Of a DNA stretch of 64,000 nt, positions 11,601-23,168 are shown piece by piece. The stretch is taken from contig NW_003314305.1 in assembly GCF_000143415.4 (NCBI RefSeq), positions 371,709-435,708 of the forward strand. The letters are read 5' to 3'. The translations under genes were made by a program, and so were the position numbers. Under the pieces are notes generated by a model. That model had not been told where the DNA came from and did not search any database. It saw only the letters and a program-made list of their open reading frames with translations. This DNA comes from Selaginella moellendorffii (lineage: Eukaryota > Plantae > Lycopodiophyta). How positions within the stretch are numbered: position 1 is the first letter of the stretch; the number at the start of each line of letters is the position of its first letter.

Positions 11601-12809
11601 ACTCATTGCTGGTGCTTCCACACCTCTATCATTATTTGGGTCACCACACTCCAACTGCATGCTCTGCAGTTTAGGCTATGCCATTCCCATTTCTATTAGG
11701 ATTCCTTTGGCAAGGGGTTCTCATGAACCCACCAACATAGCCTCAAGGTATCACATTTTGGCACATTTGGTGTCTCCACACCATCGGCTCCACGAGCCTA
11801 CCTCTATGACACTTCTTCTTTGTGTCTAAGTCTTTGCCAAGACCAATACCACTCTTTCTCATGCCAACCATCCGTTAGCATTGCACCATAGAAGTCACAC
11901 ACAACTTTGTGTCAAAGTTGTTTTCTTTTTGGGAACACCTTTCCCACGACTTTAGCATGGCACATTTTTGCCATCGATGAGATACCCTCTGTTCTCATCC
12001 TTGGATCCTATGATCCCCCCCATCCTTCGTGGGGTACAACACAACTCAGTCCAAATGCTTCCATCAGTCCTTTTTAGGACCATTCCTTGACTCTACTTGA
12101 GTCATCCAGCAGTTTTGGACTTGGTTAATCCACAGACCCGTAAGGTCCTACTTGTGAGGCACTAGCTCACTGGAATACACTTCTTGCATTCCTGTCCTAC
12201 TCAAAAGGACTATTTTCACAAGTGTTACTCTGACACTTGATTTTGTTCTCTGGGGGCAACCTTTGCCCCTTAGGACTACTTGTCCATGTGATGAGAATAC
12301 CACTCATCTCTAAGTACACCCCCCAACTCCTTGGGTTGTTCCAGCATTTATTAAAGGTAGCCCCGGCTACCATTTCAAGGGCTTGAGTCCTCTTCCGTAC
12401 TTGACCTCCCACGGTCATTACTTCTGGTCTCACGTTCATGAGCACCAACCTCAACTATATGAGGATAATCTTGTGACTCCTTTATTGCTTTGGAGTCTTT
12501 ATCTTTCCCGTGATCCCAACTATAGTTGTTTACCACAACTACATTAACCAGTTTGCTAAGTCAAACGCTCTAGATCACATCCTCAACTCTCTGAGGAAAA
12601 CCATATACTGTTCCCAAGATCCCAAAGTCGTTCCATTATTGGCCATTTTCTATCCACCACTTTGTCTACAAGTTCCCACATGAACTATAATGGAGAGCCA
12701 TGTCTTCCCGACCTGCTACTCCTCAAGGATAGGCCCACTCCTCGGACCTTCCGATGCCAACCCAAGTGGTGATATACTTGAGCACCAATAAAAGTTGGAC
12801 TAAGGAACA

Positions 12810-12821
12810 GCTCCGATACCA
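12810..12821 (-). promoter_or_regulatory. Primer binding site, tRNA-iMet type
   Basis: gctccgatacca is the reverse complement of TGGTATCGGAGC, 3 nt from the LTR edge. Confidence 0.85.
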
Positions 12822-12824
12822 AGT

Positions 12825-13788
12825 TGTAAGCGACTAATTTTTCCATTCTACTTTAGTCACTTAACCACACCTCCAACCATTTGGAGGAGTCTCATCCACA
12901 ACCTCCATAAGTCTAATTCAGGACTTGGGACTTGCTAGCCCCGAGAATAGCATCTATGCCACTCAACATTTGCACTTGGTCCAAGTGCTCCACGTGTCCG
13001 ATCCCATGACCGACACTCAAAGGTACCACCGACATAGCAGCCTGTTACGCTAAGGCCATGCCCAATCACCTTTGTTACACTGGTAGTCCAATACCACTTG
13101 CATCACAGTCTTGGCTCTCCAAGATTAGGCAATCCATCCGTGAGTGGTCATCTCAGATCCACTCCTTAGCATCCTTAGGATGCCCATCGACAAGGGGGAT
13201 AGCCTTCCCCAATATCCCTCTGTCAGTCTCCACTAAGTCCCTTTCTGCCCCTGGCCGTGTTTGCCAACACTGCCACCACAGGCCCGACCACTAAGTCCCA
13301 CGGTCCTCTGGGACTTCCTCACCACACGACTGTGTCCTTGGTCACTACCCCAGAGGACTGCTCCTCTTCCTTTCCACAGTCTGGGCCTTTGGAACAACAT
13401 TTCGGAACACCGTGGCCTTACGCGAGCCACCTGGGTACTCTCCCCGCCTTCCGCCCTTGGGTGCTCTAGCCATGGGCTTAGAGCGAGGTTCCATTGAGCC
13501 ACGCCTGGTATCCAAGTAGGTAGTGCCACCCACACTTGGACTGGGAGCATCAGCCAGTCGATCTCCCGGGGGAACTAGAGCCGGCTCTTGAACACTTCAC
13601 CAAACTACCCCGCTTGTCGGTCCGTGTTCACTCTAGTCTTGGACTTCCCAGTGGTCAGCTCATCACCCAACACTGGGTCTGGCCAAACTGGGCCAAACTG
13701 GCCTTTCCTGGTGGCTTTCACCCAACTGCCTGTATTTGTACTCGGACTCGGACTCGGACTCGGTCTCGGTCCCGGATTCGGACTCGGA

Positions 13789-13831
<43 letters not shown>

Positions 13832-14427
13832 CCGGTCTCGGTTCCATCTCGGACCCCATCTCGGACTCCACCTCGGGTCCACCTCGGACTCCATCTTGGA
13901 CTCCATCTTGGACTCCATTTCGGACTCCATCTCGGACTCCACCTCGGGTCCATCTCGGACTCCATCTCGGGTCCATCTCGGACTCCAGCTCGGGTCCATC
14001 TCGGACTCCATCTCGGGTCCATCTCGGACTCCATCTCGGACTCTACTTCGGGTCCATCTCGGACTCCATATCGGACTCCATATCGGACTCTATCTCGGAC
14101 TCCATATCGGACTCCACTTCGGGTCCATCTCGGACTCCATATCGGACTCCATCTCGGACTCCAACTCGGGTCCGCCTCGGACTCCATCTCGGACACTTCC
14201 ACGTGTCATGTGTTGGTCCTTTTTGGGTCCCTTTTTGGAGCCTTGCTTATTGCTCGCTTCGTGCTCGCTCCTTGAGCACTTTGTTGGGAGTTCCACTCCC
14301 GCTCTCGACCTTCCAAGTCAAAGCTTCTAGTCCAAACATGTTACACTTGTTTGGCTTTCGCTTCGGCCACTACCACGTGGCACCCTTTCCGGCTCCACTT
14401 TGGGGCCTAGGGATTTTGTGTCTCACA
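12825..14427 (-). repeat. 5' LTR (TG...CA)
   Basis: Begins TGTAAG and ends CTCACA, with the PBS adjacent. It lacks about 100 bp (poly-C segment ~7856-7953) present in the other LTR. Confidence 0.9.
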
Positions 14428-15102
14428 GGTGTCCCAAAAAGCCTCAAACCTGGAGTGGATTAGATAAGTACCTGGAGAGAGCTATGACATAAGACATATC
14501 AAAAGGCTGCGTGGTTAGACAGTATAACCAATGGTTTTAGTTCCTTCTCCTTGCCAGTTTTTCTTGTTAGTTTCCTCACTGCAATATAAACAAACATTAT
14601 ATAAGGTTGAGAGATCAAAATGCATACCAACACTTCAGACGAGATTCAGAGCCGCACGCCGCCCATCCATGATACCAGCTGAGAGAAATTCGCAAGTCCT
14701 ATGACCCTAGGAAGGTGCATTTCATGGAATCATTGGAAATATGGCAATATCGATCTCCATACCTACACAGGCCGCGAGTTGCTCTTGGATCCTAGCTCTG
14801 CAACAAGAAAAGGTAGCTGAGCGCTACACACCCGGGGCGAGAGGAGAAATCGATTGCTGACGCTGAGCCGGCCCGATCCAGCTAACAGGGAGCGATCTAG
14901 AGCAAGAAACTATGAAATTTCGTTGTGATCGACCGAAGCGCCTCTCCTGCGCTGGCGCTGGATCAATCGTTCACCCCGCCAGCGCCATCGCCATCGCGCT
15001 CACGCCGTCGCCTCGCCAAGCCCTGGAGAATGAGCTTGCGCCGACAGCCAATTATCGCGTGCCGCGTGTCAAAGCCCGGGAACCCTTTTCAATCCTTGGC
15101 TG

Positions 15103-15109
15103 TATAAAA
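15103..15109 (+). promoter_or_regulatory. Putative TATA box of the Fic gene
   Basis: TATAAAA about 100 nt upstream of the ATG, in GC-rich context. Confidence 0.45.
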
Positions 15110-15209
15110 AGGGGCCCTTCTGGGTTGAGGCTAGGGCATATAGATGGGGCGATACGTGGAGAGGCCCTTCTGAAGGTGCGATGGCGATGGAGCCCCGGCG
15201 ACGAGCAGC

Positions 15210-16064
15210 ATGGTGGACGCCATTTGTGGGTACGTGAAGAGGTTCCAGGCCCTGGACGGCGATGCCAAAGCATGGGCGCTGGACGTGTACGGGCAGCGCG
15301 ACGCTATGGCCGACTTCCTCTTCCAGGTGAACAAGCTGGAGCTGGAAGGCTTTGATACCCGGGACCAAACACTCCACGCCCTGGAGCAGCTCCACGAAGT
15401 GGTGGCTCCAGACGAGAGATTGGAACAAGTCCGCTGCCTGTCCCGAGCATTCAACACATGGTGGCTCCAGGAGGAGAAGGCCGAGGAGGCTCCCAGCGTC
15501 AACAACTACAAGCTCAGGCAGTCACACGAGCTTCTTATGGAGCCGAGCAGGCCGGAGATTGCAGGCTTGTTTCGTTCCGGCAGTGAGGTTGCAATGACGA
15601 TCACGAGCAGCGGAAGGCAGCACTTCTACGCGGATGCCTGGGCAATCCGGCCCAAGTTGTCCAAGTTGGTGAGCAAGACTAACGCGGATGTGGAGCAGCT
15701 CTTTGAGGAGGAGGCGACGACAAGGAGCTGCAAGGCGGTTGAGCAGCTCCTGGTGCTGGCCTCGGACTTCTTCTACAAGTTTGAGTGCATCCATCCGTTT
15801 GTGGATGGGAATGGGCGATGCGGGAGGATGATGCTGGCCTACTTGCTTCGCAGCGTGGCTGTGTTCCCCAATGTCTTGTTCGCTGCTAGCGCTGGCCGCC
15901 AGCACGAGTTTGTAGACCGGGATGTCTACCTCAAGTGCTTCGAGAGTGCTCGCGAGGATGACCACGAGCCCAGGGACCTGAATGCTCTCATCATAGAGGG
16001 GGTCTACTTCGGTTGGCAGAGGTTCTTTGTGGCCCTCGAGTCATGGCAGGGCCTCAAGTTGTAG
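15210..16064 (+). CDS. Fic (Fido) domain protein, intronless
   Basis: Canonical catalytic motif HPFVDGNGRCGR (~15792-15827) in an uninterrupted 284-aa ORF. Confidence 0.85.
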   Translation: MVDAICGYVKRFQALDGDAKAWALDVYGQRDAMADFLFQVNKLELEGFDTRDQTLHALEQLHEVVAPDERLEQVRCLSRAFNTWWLQEEKAEEAPSVNNYKLRQSHELLMEPSRPEIAGLFRSGSEVAMTITSSGRQHFYADAWAIRPKLSKLVSKTNADVEQLFEEEATTRSCKAVEQLLVLASDFFYKFECIHPFVDGNGRCGRMMLAYLLRSVAVFPNVLFAASAGRQHEFVDRDVYLKCFESAREDDHEPRDLNALIIEGVYFGWQRFFVALESWQGLKL

Positions 16065-16929
16065 TGACCTCATACTTACCTCTCGCCCTCGAGAGGTTAC
16101 TCGAGCTCGCTTTCCAGCTCTATTTATTCCTGGAAAGCTAGCGTGTCAATGAAGAAAGCGAGCGACTCAAACATACCTTTGGACTGCCTCCAGTACTAGA
16201 TGCACCGATCCATCATCAAGCTTTCTGCTCGGCCGAACAAAAACTCTATGAGGTAGCATGGCAAAAGCTCACTATGTGACCAGGAACAAAGGGAGGAAAG
16301 CTTTACCTGATCGACGGAGGTGCTCGTCTTTGCGTGATCATCCCTGGAGCTTTGCATGCCCCAGATTCCAACCACGATCTCTCCACGACTTTGAGCTAAA
16401 CGAAACGTCTCGACGACGCCTGCTGCACAGATCCTAGAAGCTTGACGATCCCTGGAAGGAAAGGAAAATGACATATCGTCGCGCAATGCAGGCAGATCTT
16501 ACTCGCGTGATTCCACCAGCGCAACCCTGGCAGCATCGAAGAGCTTCACATTCTCGCCTCCAGCGATCCTCATCCACCCCGAACAAGAACAAGAGTGGAG
16601 AATTTTTTTAAACCGGTTGACGTAGATGATCATATAAAAGTTGTGTGTGTGCAGTCTTTTTTAACTAATCATGCCAAGAATTGGTGGTGCCAAGTGTGTG
16701 CTGAGAGAGGGTAGACTAGAAGTTGGATTCAAATGATGTTTTGTATCCGTAAGGAATACTTAATGGATGATTTTAGTCTACAATTTCGAGTGGAGTTACG
16801 AAGGTTGAGACAGCATAGTGGCAACCTTATGCACTACATGAATGAAAGCAAATTATGATAGCAAATATAAGCAATGAGGATGCATGGAATTATTTCCTAG
16901 AGGTTGGACCTTCAAATACGAGTAGCTAA

Positions 16930-19368
16930 TCAAGATGTGGAAAAGACTACCTTTTAGACAAGATATAGATTCTATGAATTTATGGTGACATCGTTTAGGT
17001 TATGCAATGCTCCCACAACATTTAGCACGATGATGTTGTTTTCTATATCAATGATATCCTCATCTTTAGCTAAATGTTAGAGGATCATTTGAGACACTTA
17101 AAGTTGGTGTTTCATAAGCTAAGGGAAAATTAGCTATATGCTAAATGTGTTTTTGGACAATTGCACATGCATTTTCTTGGGCACATAGTTGGAGTAATTG
17201 AGGTGGACTTGAAGAAGGTAGAAGTAGTGAAGTCTTGGGAAATTTTGATTACTGTTACAAATGTTTGATCCTTTTTCGGTTTGGTGGGATACTATTGAAG
17301 GTTTGTCTGCAAATTTGCAAGTATTGCTCTTCCATTGATTGAGTTAACAAAGAGAAATATTCCATTTTATTGGACACTAGCTTGTTAGCATGCTTTTACA
17401 CAATTGAAGGAAATCTTAACAACAATTCCCATTTTAAGGATCCCAGATCTAGATAAACCTTTCAAAGTGCATTATGATGCATTTGGCTATACAATTGGTG
17501 CTGTGTTACAATAGGATTGTGACAATACCATTGGTGTTATATTGAAACAATGCAGCTGTCCAATTGTATTTTATTCTAAGAAATTTGGATGAGACTTAAT
17601 GAAGATGGCCTACCTACGAGAAGGAGATGCTTGCAATAGTTTTTTAAAGCATTACTTGGGTGGATATACCAAGGTTTATACAGATAATAACACATTTAAC
17701 TACTTTGCAATATAGCCTAAACTTACACCCAAATAGGCTCGTTGGCAGGAAAAGTTAACTAGATTTTACATTGAGATTATCTATAAACCTGATAAGGATA
17801 ATGTTGTTCCAAATGCGTTGAGTTGTTAGGCTCAATTTCAAGCAATCTTGACTGTAACCTTGGATTGGTTGGAAGATATCTAAACATCTTACAAGGATGA
17901 TCCGTAGGCTATGAAGATCATAGAACGGGTGGAATTGGTGAAGAAGAGTCATGGTAGTGATGCAACAAAAGTTGCGCATTATGCTAATACAAAGTTTCAT
18001 TTCTCAGTCAAAGATGGGCTTATATATTATAAGCAAGAAAGGTTGTATTTACCCACAAAGGATTTGCAATGGATATTTCTGCGGGAACATCTAATGTACT
18101 AGCAGTTGGGCATGGAGGCAAGCGAAAGACTCTTGCCTCATTATGAAAGGGGTTCTTTTGGTCTTGTATGGAAGGTGATGTTATGGACTATGTTCGTGCT
18201 TGCCCGACATGCTAGCAATGCAAGCAGCGAGTGGAGAAGTAGGCTGAGAAGTTACAATGCATTCTTGCACCAGCTTGGCCATTTTAAAGTGTGACCTTAG
18301 ACTTTGTGACTTGTTTGTTGATGTCCAAAGTTTACAATGCTTTGATGGTGGTTGTAAATCGGTTGTCTAAAATTATGCATTTCATCCTGACTGTGGACAC
18401 GGTCAATGCGAAGCAAGTAGCTCGGCTCTTTTTCCATAAAGTTGTACAGGTTCAAGGGTTTAGGGAGATTCAAGGGAGATGATCTTGGATAGAGATTCAA
18501 GATTCACAGGGAAGTTATAGGGAATGTTATTTTAGTTGTTTGGCACAACATTGAAATTTAGTATTGCTTATCATCCTCAAACAAACAAACAAACAAAACA
18601 AGTGAATGCTCAAGTTGAGGATTATTTGCTATACTATATAGCAGTGAATAAGAAAGATTGGGTGGATCATTTGGATATAGTTGAAATATGTTACAATAAC
18701 ATATTTCACAATGCGATCAGTTGTTTTCTATGGGAGTTGTTGCAAGGCAATGCATGTAGAGTTCTTTAATAGATTGTGGCACCAAAATAGATGTTTGATA
18801 TTGTGGTCCCGGCTGTGGAGGAATATGCAAAGTAGCTACGTCAAAATTGGTCTCGAGCTACTGTAGATATGGGGAAGGCTCAAAATCGATATCGTCAAAA
18901 TAAAGATCAACATCAAAGGGATGTTACTTATGTAGTGGGGGATAAAGTGTGGTTATCCTCCCAGAAGTTATCGTTGAAAGATTCTTTGTCCCACAAGTTG
19001 TTATTGCAATTTGTTAGACCCTATTGGGTGTCCAAACAAATTGGTGATGTATCCTATAAGTTGGATCTTCTAGATGAGTTATCCTATGTTCATAATGTGT
19101 TCCACATCAGTTTATTGGTGCCATATGATACCAATGTAGAATATTGTATGGAAATCCATCCATATCCTAAAGTGGTTGATGGTGAACTTGAGTATGAAAT
19201 CGAGGCGATTTAGATACATAATGGGTCTATTGCTCTAAGTGTTAGGAATACCTTGTTAAATGGAAGGGTTACCTTACTTATGAAGCTACCTGAGAACCTC
19301 TAGATAATTTTACTCATGCCTGTAGGCTTTTTGTGGCATATGATGAATGTAACAAGGCTTCGTCTTGA
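16930..19368 (+). pseudogene. Decayed Ty3/Gypsy chromovirus pol (RT, RNase H, integrase, chromodomain)
   Basis: Fragments: FRLCNAPTTF (RT); TLDFVTCL, AYHPQTNKQT, VGDKVWL, VHNVFHISLL (integrase); ELEYEIEAI...EYLVKWKGY..YEAT*EP (chromodomain). Many stops and frameshifts. Confidence 0.85.
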
Positions 19369-19955
19369 GCTTTGTAATCAATTTTCAACTTAATAAATCA
19401 ATGTTTCTCGATAATTGGTCTCTTGGTATAATTGTTTAATGACTTTTATATTATCCATCTAAGTGATCCTTGTAGTTTGAGCTAATATAGATAAGCTGGC
19501 TTTGGCTCTTCGTGTGCATGGGGAAATCTTTAGTCATGGGGTGCTACTGTAAATTAGCCACACCACCCACCTCTCTATTAATGTCCCTTTTTAGGTGTGG
19601 CCATGTAAACAACTTTAGTTGTCTATTTACAGTAGACTATCTAAACCTTACTGATGAGTTTGGTTTCATTGCTTAGGAAGGTTAGGGCCTTTAGCTTCTC
19701 TCTCTATATTACATGCGGGCAAAAATGTATCATCTCTTTGTAAGTTGGTTGACAACTAAAGTAACAAGGGTGGCTCAACTTTGTTAGTCATTTCCTTATC
19801 AATGACAACTGGAGGGTGTATAAGTGTTAGCACATTTCGTGTTAGATGAAGAGGTGTGTCCTTGTCCCTAAACTCATTTAAGTTAATGCATTTCCCACAA
19901 AGCGTGCAAATCATGAACTTTAGGGTGTGCACTAATAAGGACGTCGATCTTTCTT

Positions 19956-20695
19956 GGGGGGGGGGGGGAACTGTCATGAATGTGACTTTAGGTATCAAAA
20001 GATACTTATCTATTGGTCCTTTTAGACACTTTTCTCTCACTACTACGATGGCAAGAGATTGGTATTGCTGGAATCTATTGTCATCCCCTCTTGCTCGAGT
20101 GTTAATAAACTTGGCTTAGTATTTAGTCGGATAAACATAAGGTAGAAACCCTTATGTGTTTTTTGCTGAGCATACTTGACTCGACTTTTAGTTCTTTTTT
20201 GCTCTGTCATGCATTGGTTTGACAAGAACCCCTACAATATTAAGCTCTAGTCACTTAATATTGCTAAATGATAACTTACCATGCCCCCATGGCACCCTCG
20301 CTATCGCCCCCAGTCTTTTTTGGTAATTTGGTTCCTTTTCTCCAGTTTTAGTAAATCCTAAAATTACTATCTCAGCATATATTTGGAAAGTAAAGCTTGT
20401 CCCAATCCTAACGGTGTTGGTCACGTTCCAATTCACTACTTTATGTGTTACTATTTTTGGAAGGTTTTCAAGATAGATCTAGAGACTATCTTTTGGGCTA
20501 GGGTGAAAGCCCAAAGTTCCTGTCTCCTAGGGGGGAGAGGGGCTGTAGGGGATAATGGTCAGAAGCATAGTCAACCACTTAAGATAAGATTAGCATGTGC
20601 TATATTGTGTTGCTCTTTGTTTTATTTCCGGCTTGGGCTTAAGCTCAAGTTCCTCTCTGTGTTAGGTAGTGAAGTACCCATATCCCCGCATTACA
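19956..20695 (+). repeat. PPT (poly-G 19956-19970) and probable 3' LTR of the chromovirus, starting TGTCA at 19972
   Basis: A purine tract directly precedes TG. The right end (TTACA ~20695) is a guess, and no partner LTR was seen. Confidence 0.4.
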
Positions 20696-21781
20696 CCATC
20701 AATATGCTAAAATAGTGCTAAATCTCATTTAACATAATTTTACATGTAGGTGTTGGAAACAAGGATTTGGTGCTTTTAAAGTTAGTGCTACAATGTTAGA
20801 GTTTGGCTCCAAAACTAGATGCATTATAAATATCCAAGAATCTCATACGCCTAGTGCTACCACCTTGTAACCTCAATAGAAATGGGCATGAGTTTGTACA
20901 ATTTGGATCTAAAGCTGACTTTGGAATGTTCCTCTAAGCTAATCCATTCAACTATAAAGTTTTGAACTAGGAATGGAGTATAGACAATTATGGTGGCAAA
21001 TCAGGTGGATAATGCCATTCTAGGAGCACATTTGTGGAGAAACTAAGAAAGATCATAAAGACTCCTTCAGTGACTTCTATATGCATGTAGGAATGTAGAA
21101 AAGTTGATAGATAGATAAATAAATGTCTAAATTATAATTTGCTGGCAATCTTAATGGTAATATGTATTAAAAGAAATGTCACGAATTCAAATATATTTAT
21201 TCTACCCAGCACAAAGGAAATTTATTTATCAAAAACTATTAGCTAGCTAATGGTAAGAACCTCAGGTTTGATCTCTCTCGCTCAGTCTAACAAGGTTTTT
21301 CTACACAGCATCTCTGCAATGAATAACAAGAAAAAGCCGCAAATAAGAATTCGCACGGCAATTTAATGCAAGCCTCACAATTGCTACAAAGTAGGACACC
21401 AACTAGATCAAGGAAAGGAATGGGAGTGATATTGGATTTCAGCATGAGCGACAACAATCTTTGATTGACAAGGTATGTTGCAAAGTTTTTTCATTTTTCT
21501 TAGCATACTATCTCTAAGTTGTAGGAACCCCTTCCTTTTAGCACCATAGCCATAATAGTCATGTGAAACTAAGGTCTGAGTCTGCTCACACATGACTGCA
21601 AGACTGACTCATCAATATTTGCAGCTTTTAAAAGAACATTCTACTCAATGGGAGAGTGAGTTAGCAGCCATCTGATCAAGTTAAAAACAACAAAGAGATT
21701 TTAATCAATATGAGTATGAAGTTAATTCCCTTAGAAAACACAAGGAAAAGAAAGAGTTTACAAATGTATATAAAGCTCATC

Positions 21782-22068
21782 TGTAGCAACCAAAAACCCA
21801 GGTTCAGGGGACTCCGACTTTGAACCCAGGGCTGCATCGGAGCCATAGATTAAATCATGCACAGCATATAGTATATGCTAGCAGTTAGAACCGCTAGCCT
21901 TTCAAAAGGGGGAATCCGAATTGTGGATCCCTATCTCCATTCCATTGTTTTTCTTATCAATACACAGCATTCTTTTACTCGTGCTTCTTCTCTGCCCTTG
22001 GAGATCGGGCCCTTTTCTCTTTTGTTTTCTTACTAACAATAGATTTCCAGCGAAGAGGAGTTTTCACA
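21782..22068 (+). repeat. 5' LTR
   Basis: TGTAGC...TTCACA, about 99% identical to 32063-32349. Confidence 0.95.
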
Positions 22069-22242
22069 CCTCTTCATTTGGCGACCACGGCTTCTGAATT
22101 CCCCTTCAGGTTCACAAATTCTTCCATTTCTTCTCCATTCTCTGTGTGCAGACAGCAAGAACGATCCAGAAATCTACCCATCTCGCCCAAATTCGCCCAA
22201 ATTACGCCCTAATTCGTACATTCGCCCCAATTCAACACGCAA

Positions 22243-23160
22243 ATGCCACTGCCACCATGGATCAACGGCGTCCAAGCGGTTGTTGCCCAACGCAGTAAAG
22301 ACCGACACTTTCCAGAGGAGATCTTTAAAGAATCTGCAAGCTCTCTCTCAAGATCTCCAAGTCCAATCACCGACGGAGAACACCAACGACCCTCTTTGAC
22401 AAGAAACTCCAATCTACCAGCACCTTCATCAGCGGACGCCCTCAGCAGCTTCGTTGGCGAACTCCATCTCCGAGCACAAGACCACCCACTCCACGCTCGA
22501 GACATCAACAAGCGCGCTCAACACAAACCGACACCACTACTGAAATGAACCCATCTTCCGTGCAGTCGTCGACCCAGCAATCCTAGCATTCCGACACAAG
22601 TCCAATTCCTGCGCCCACTCCAAATACCGAAGCACATCCTCAAAACCTACACCAACGACGAACCCATCACTCTGTTACCCGGTATCGGACAACTTGTCGA
22701 GGGACAACTTCACAACGCACCACCGATTTTTCAACAACCCCTCCGACAAAGTCAGCAGCTCAGCACTGAAACCACAGTCCGAACTCGGTTCGAAATCAAC
22801 ACGTTCGCTGCAACAACTCTTGCCAATCACGCCATCGCCCAATCCGGACTCGAACAACTCGACGACATTATCGAAGAAATCATTCCAGACAAACCCGAAT
22901 ATCCGAAACTCTTCATTGAACTCCATCTCGACACCAGCACGTGGAAGACCAGTTTGCATACTGCACCAGCACACTCGACCCAACACAACTTGGCTGAACA
23001 CAACCCAACCCAACACGCACCACCGTCGATATTTGCACTGAAAAGAAAGAACAAGCTCACAACGGCTTTATCAACAATTGGCCCACCGACAGTCTTCCCA
23101 AAGTTCTGCCCGAACTGCATGATTGACTGCAGACACAAATCCGACACCGACAACCAGTAG
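22243..23160 (+). pseudogene. 5' extra ORF (~305 codons) upstream of gag, with one premature TGA at 22546
   Basis: Track ORFs 22243-22548 and 22954-23160 share a frame, and the sequence between them is open; ends ...FCPNCMIDCRH. Confidence 0.55.
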
Positions 23161-23168
23161 CAGAATGC

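Larger units (their letters stand above)
7050..14427 (-). mobile_element. Non-autonomous LTR retrotransposon (LARD-like): near-identical LTRs of about 1.6 kb around a 4.1-kb decayed interior
   Basis: LTRs at 7050-8680 and 12825-14427. tRNA-iMet PBS (revcomp TGGTATCGGAGC) at 12810-12821; PPT-like tract at 8681-8694. The interior has no long ORF, only faint RT-like peptides (e.g. VAGATFNKCWN near 12350). Confidence 0.85.
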
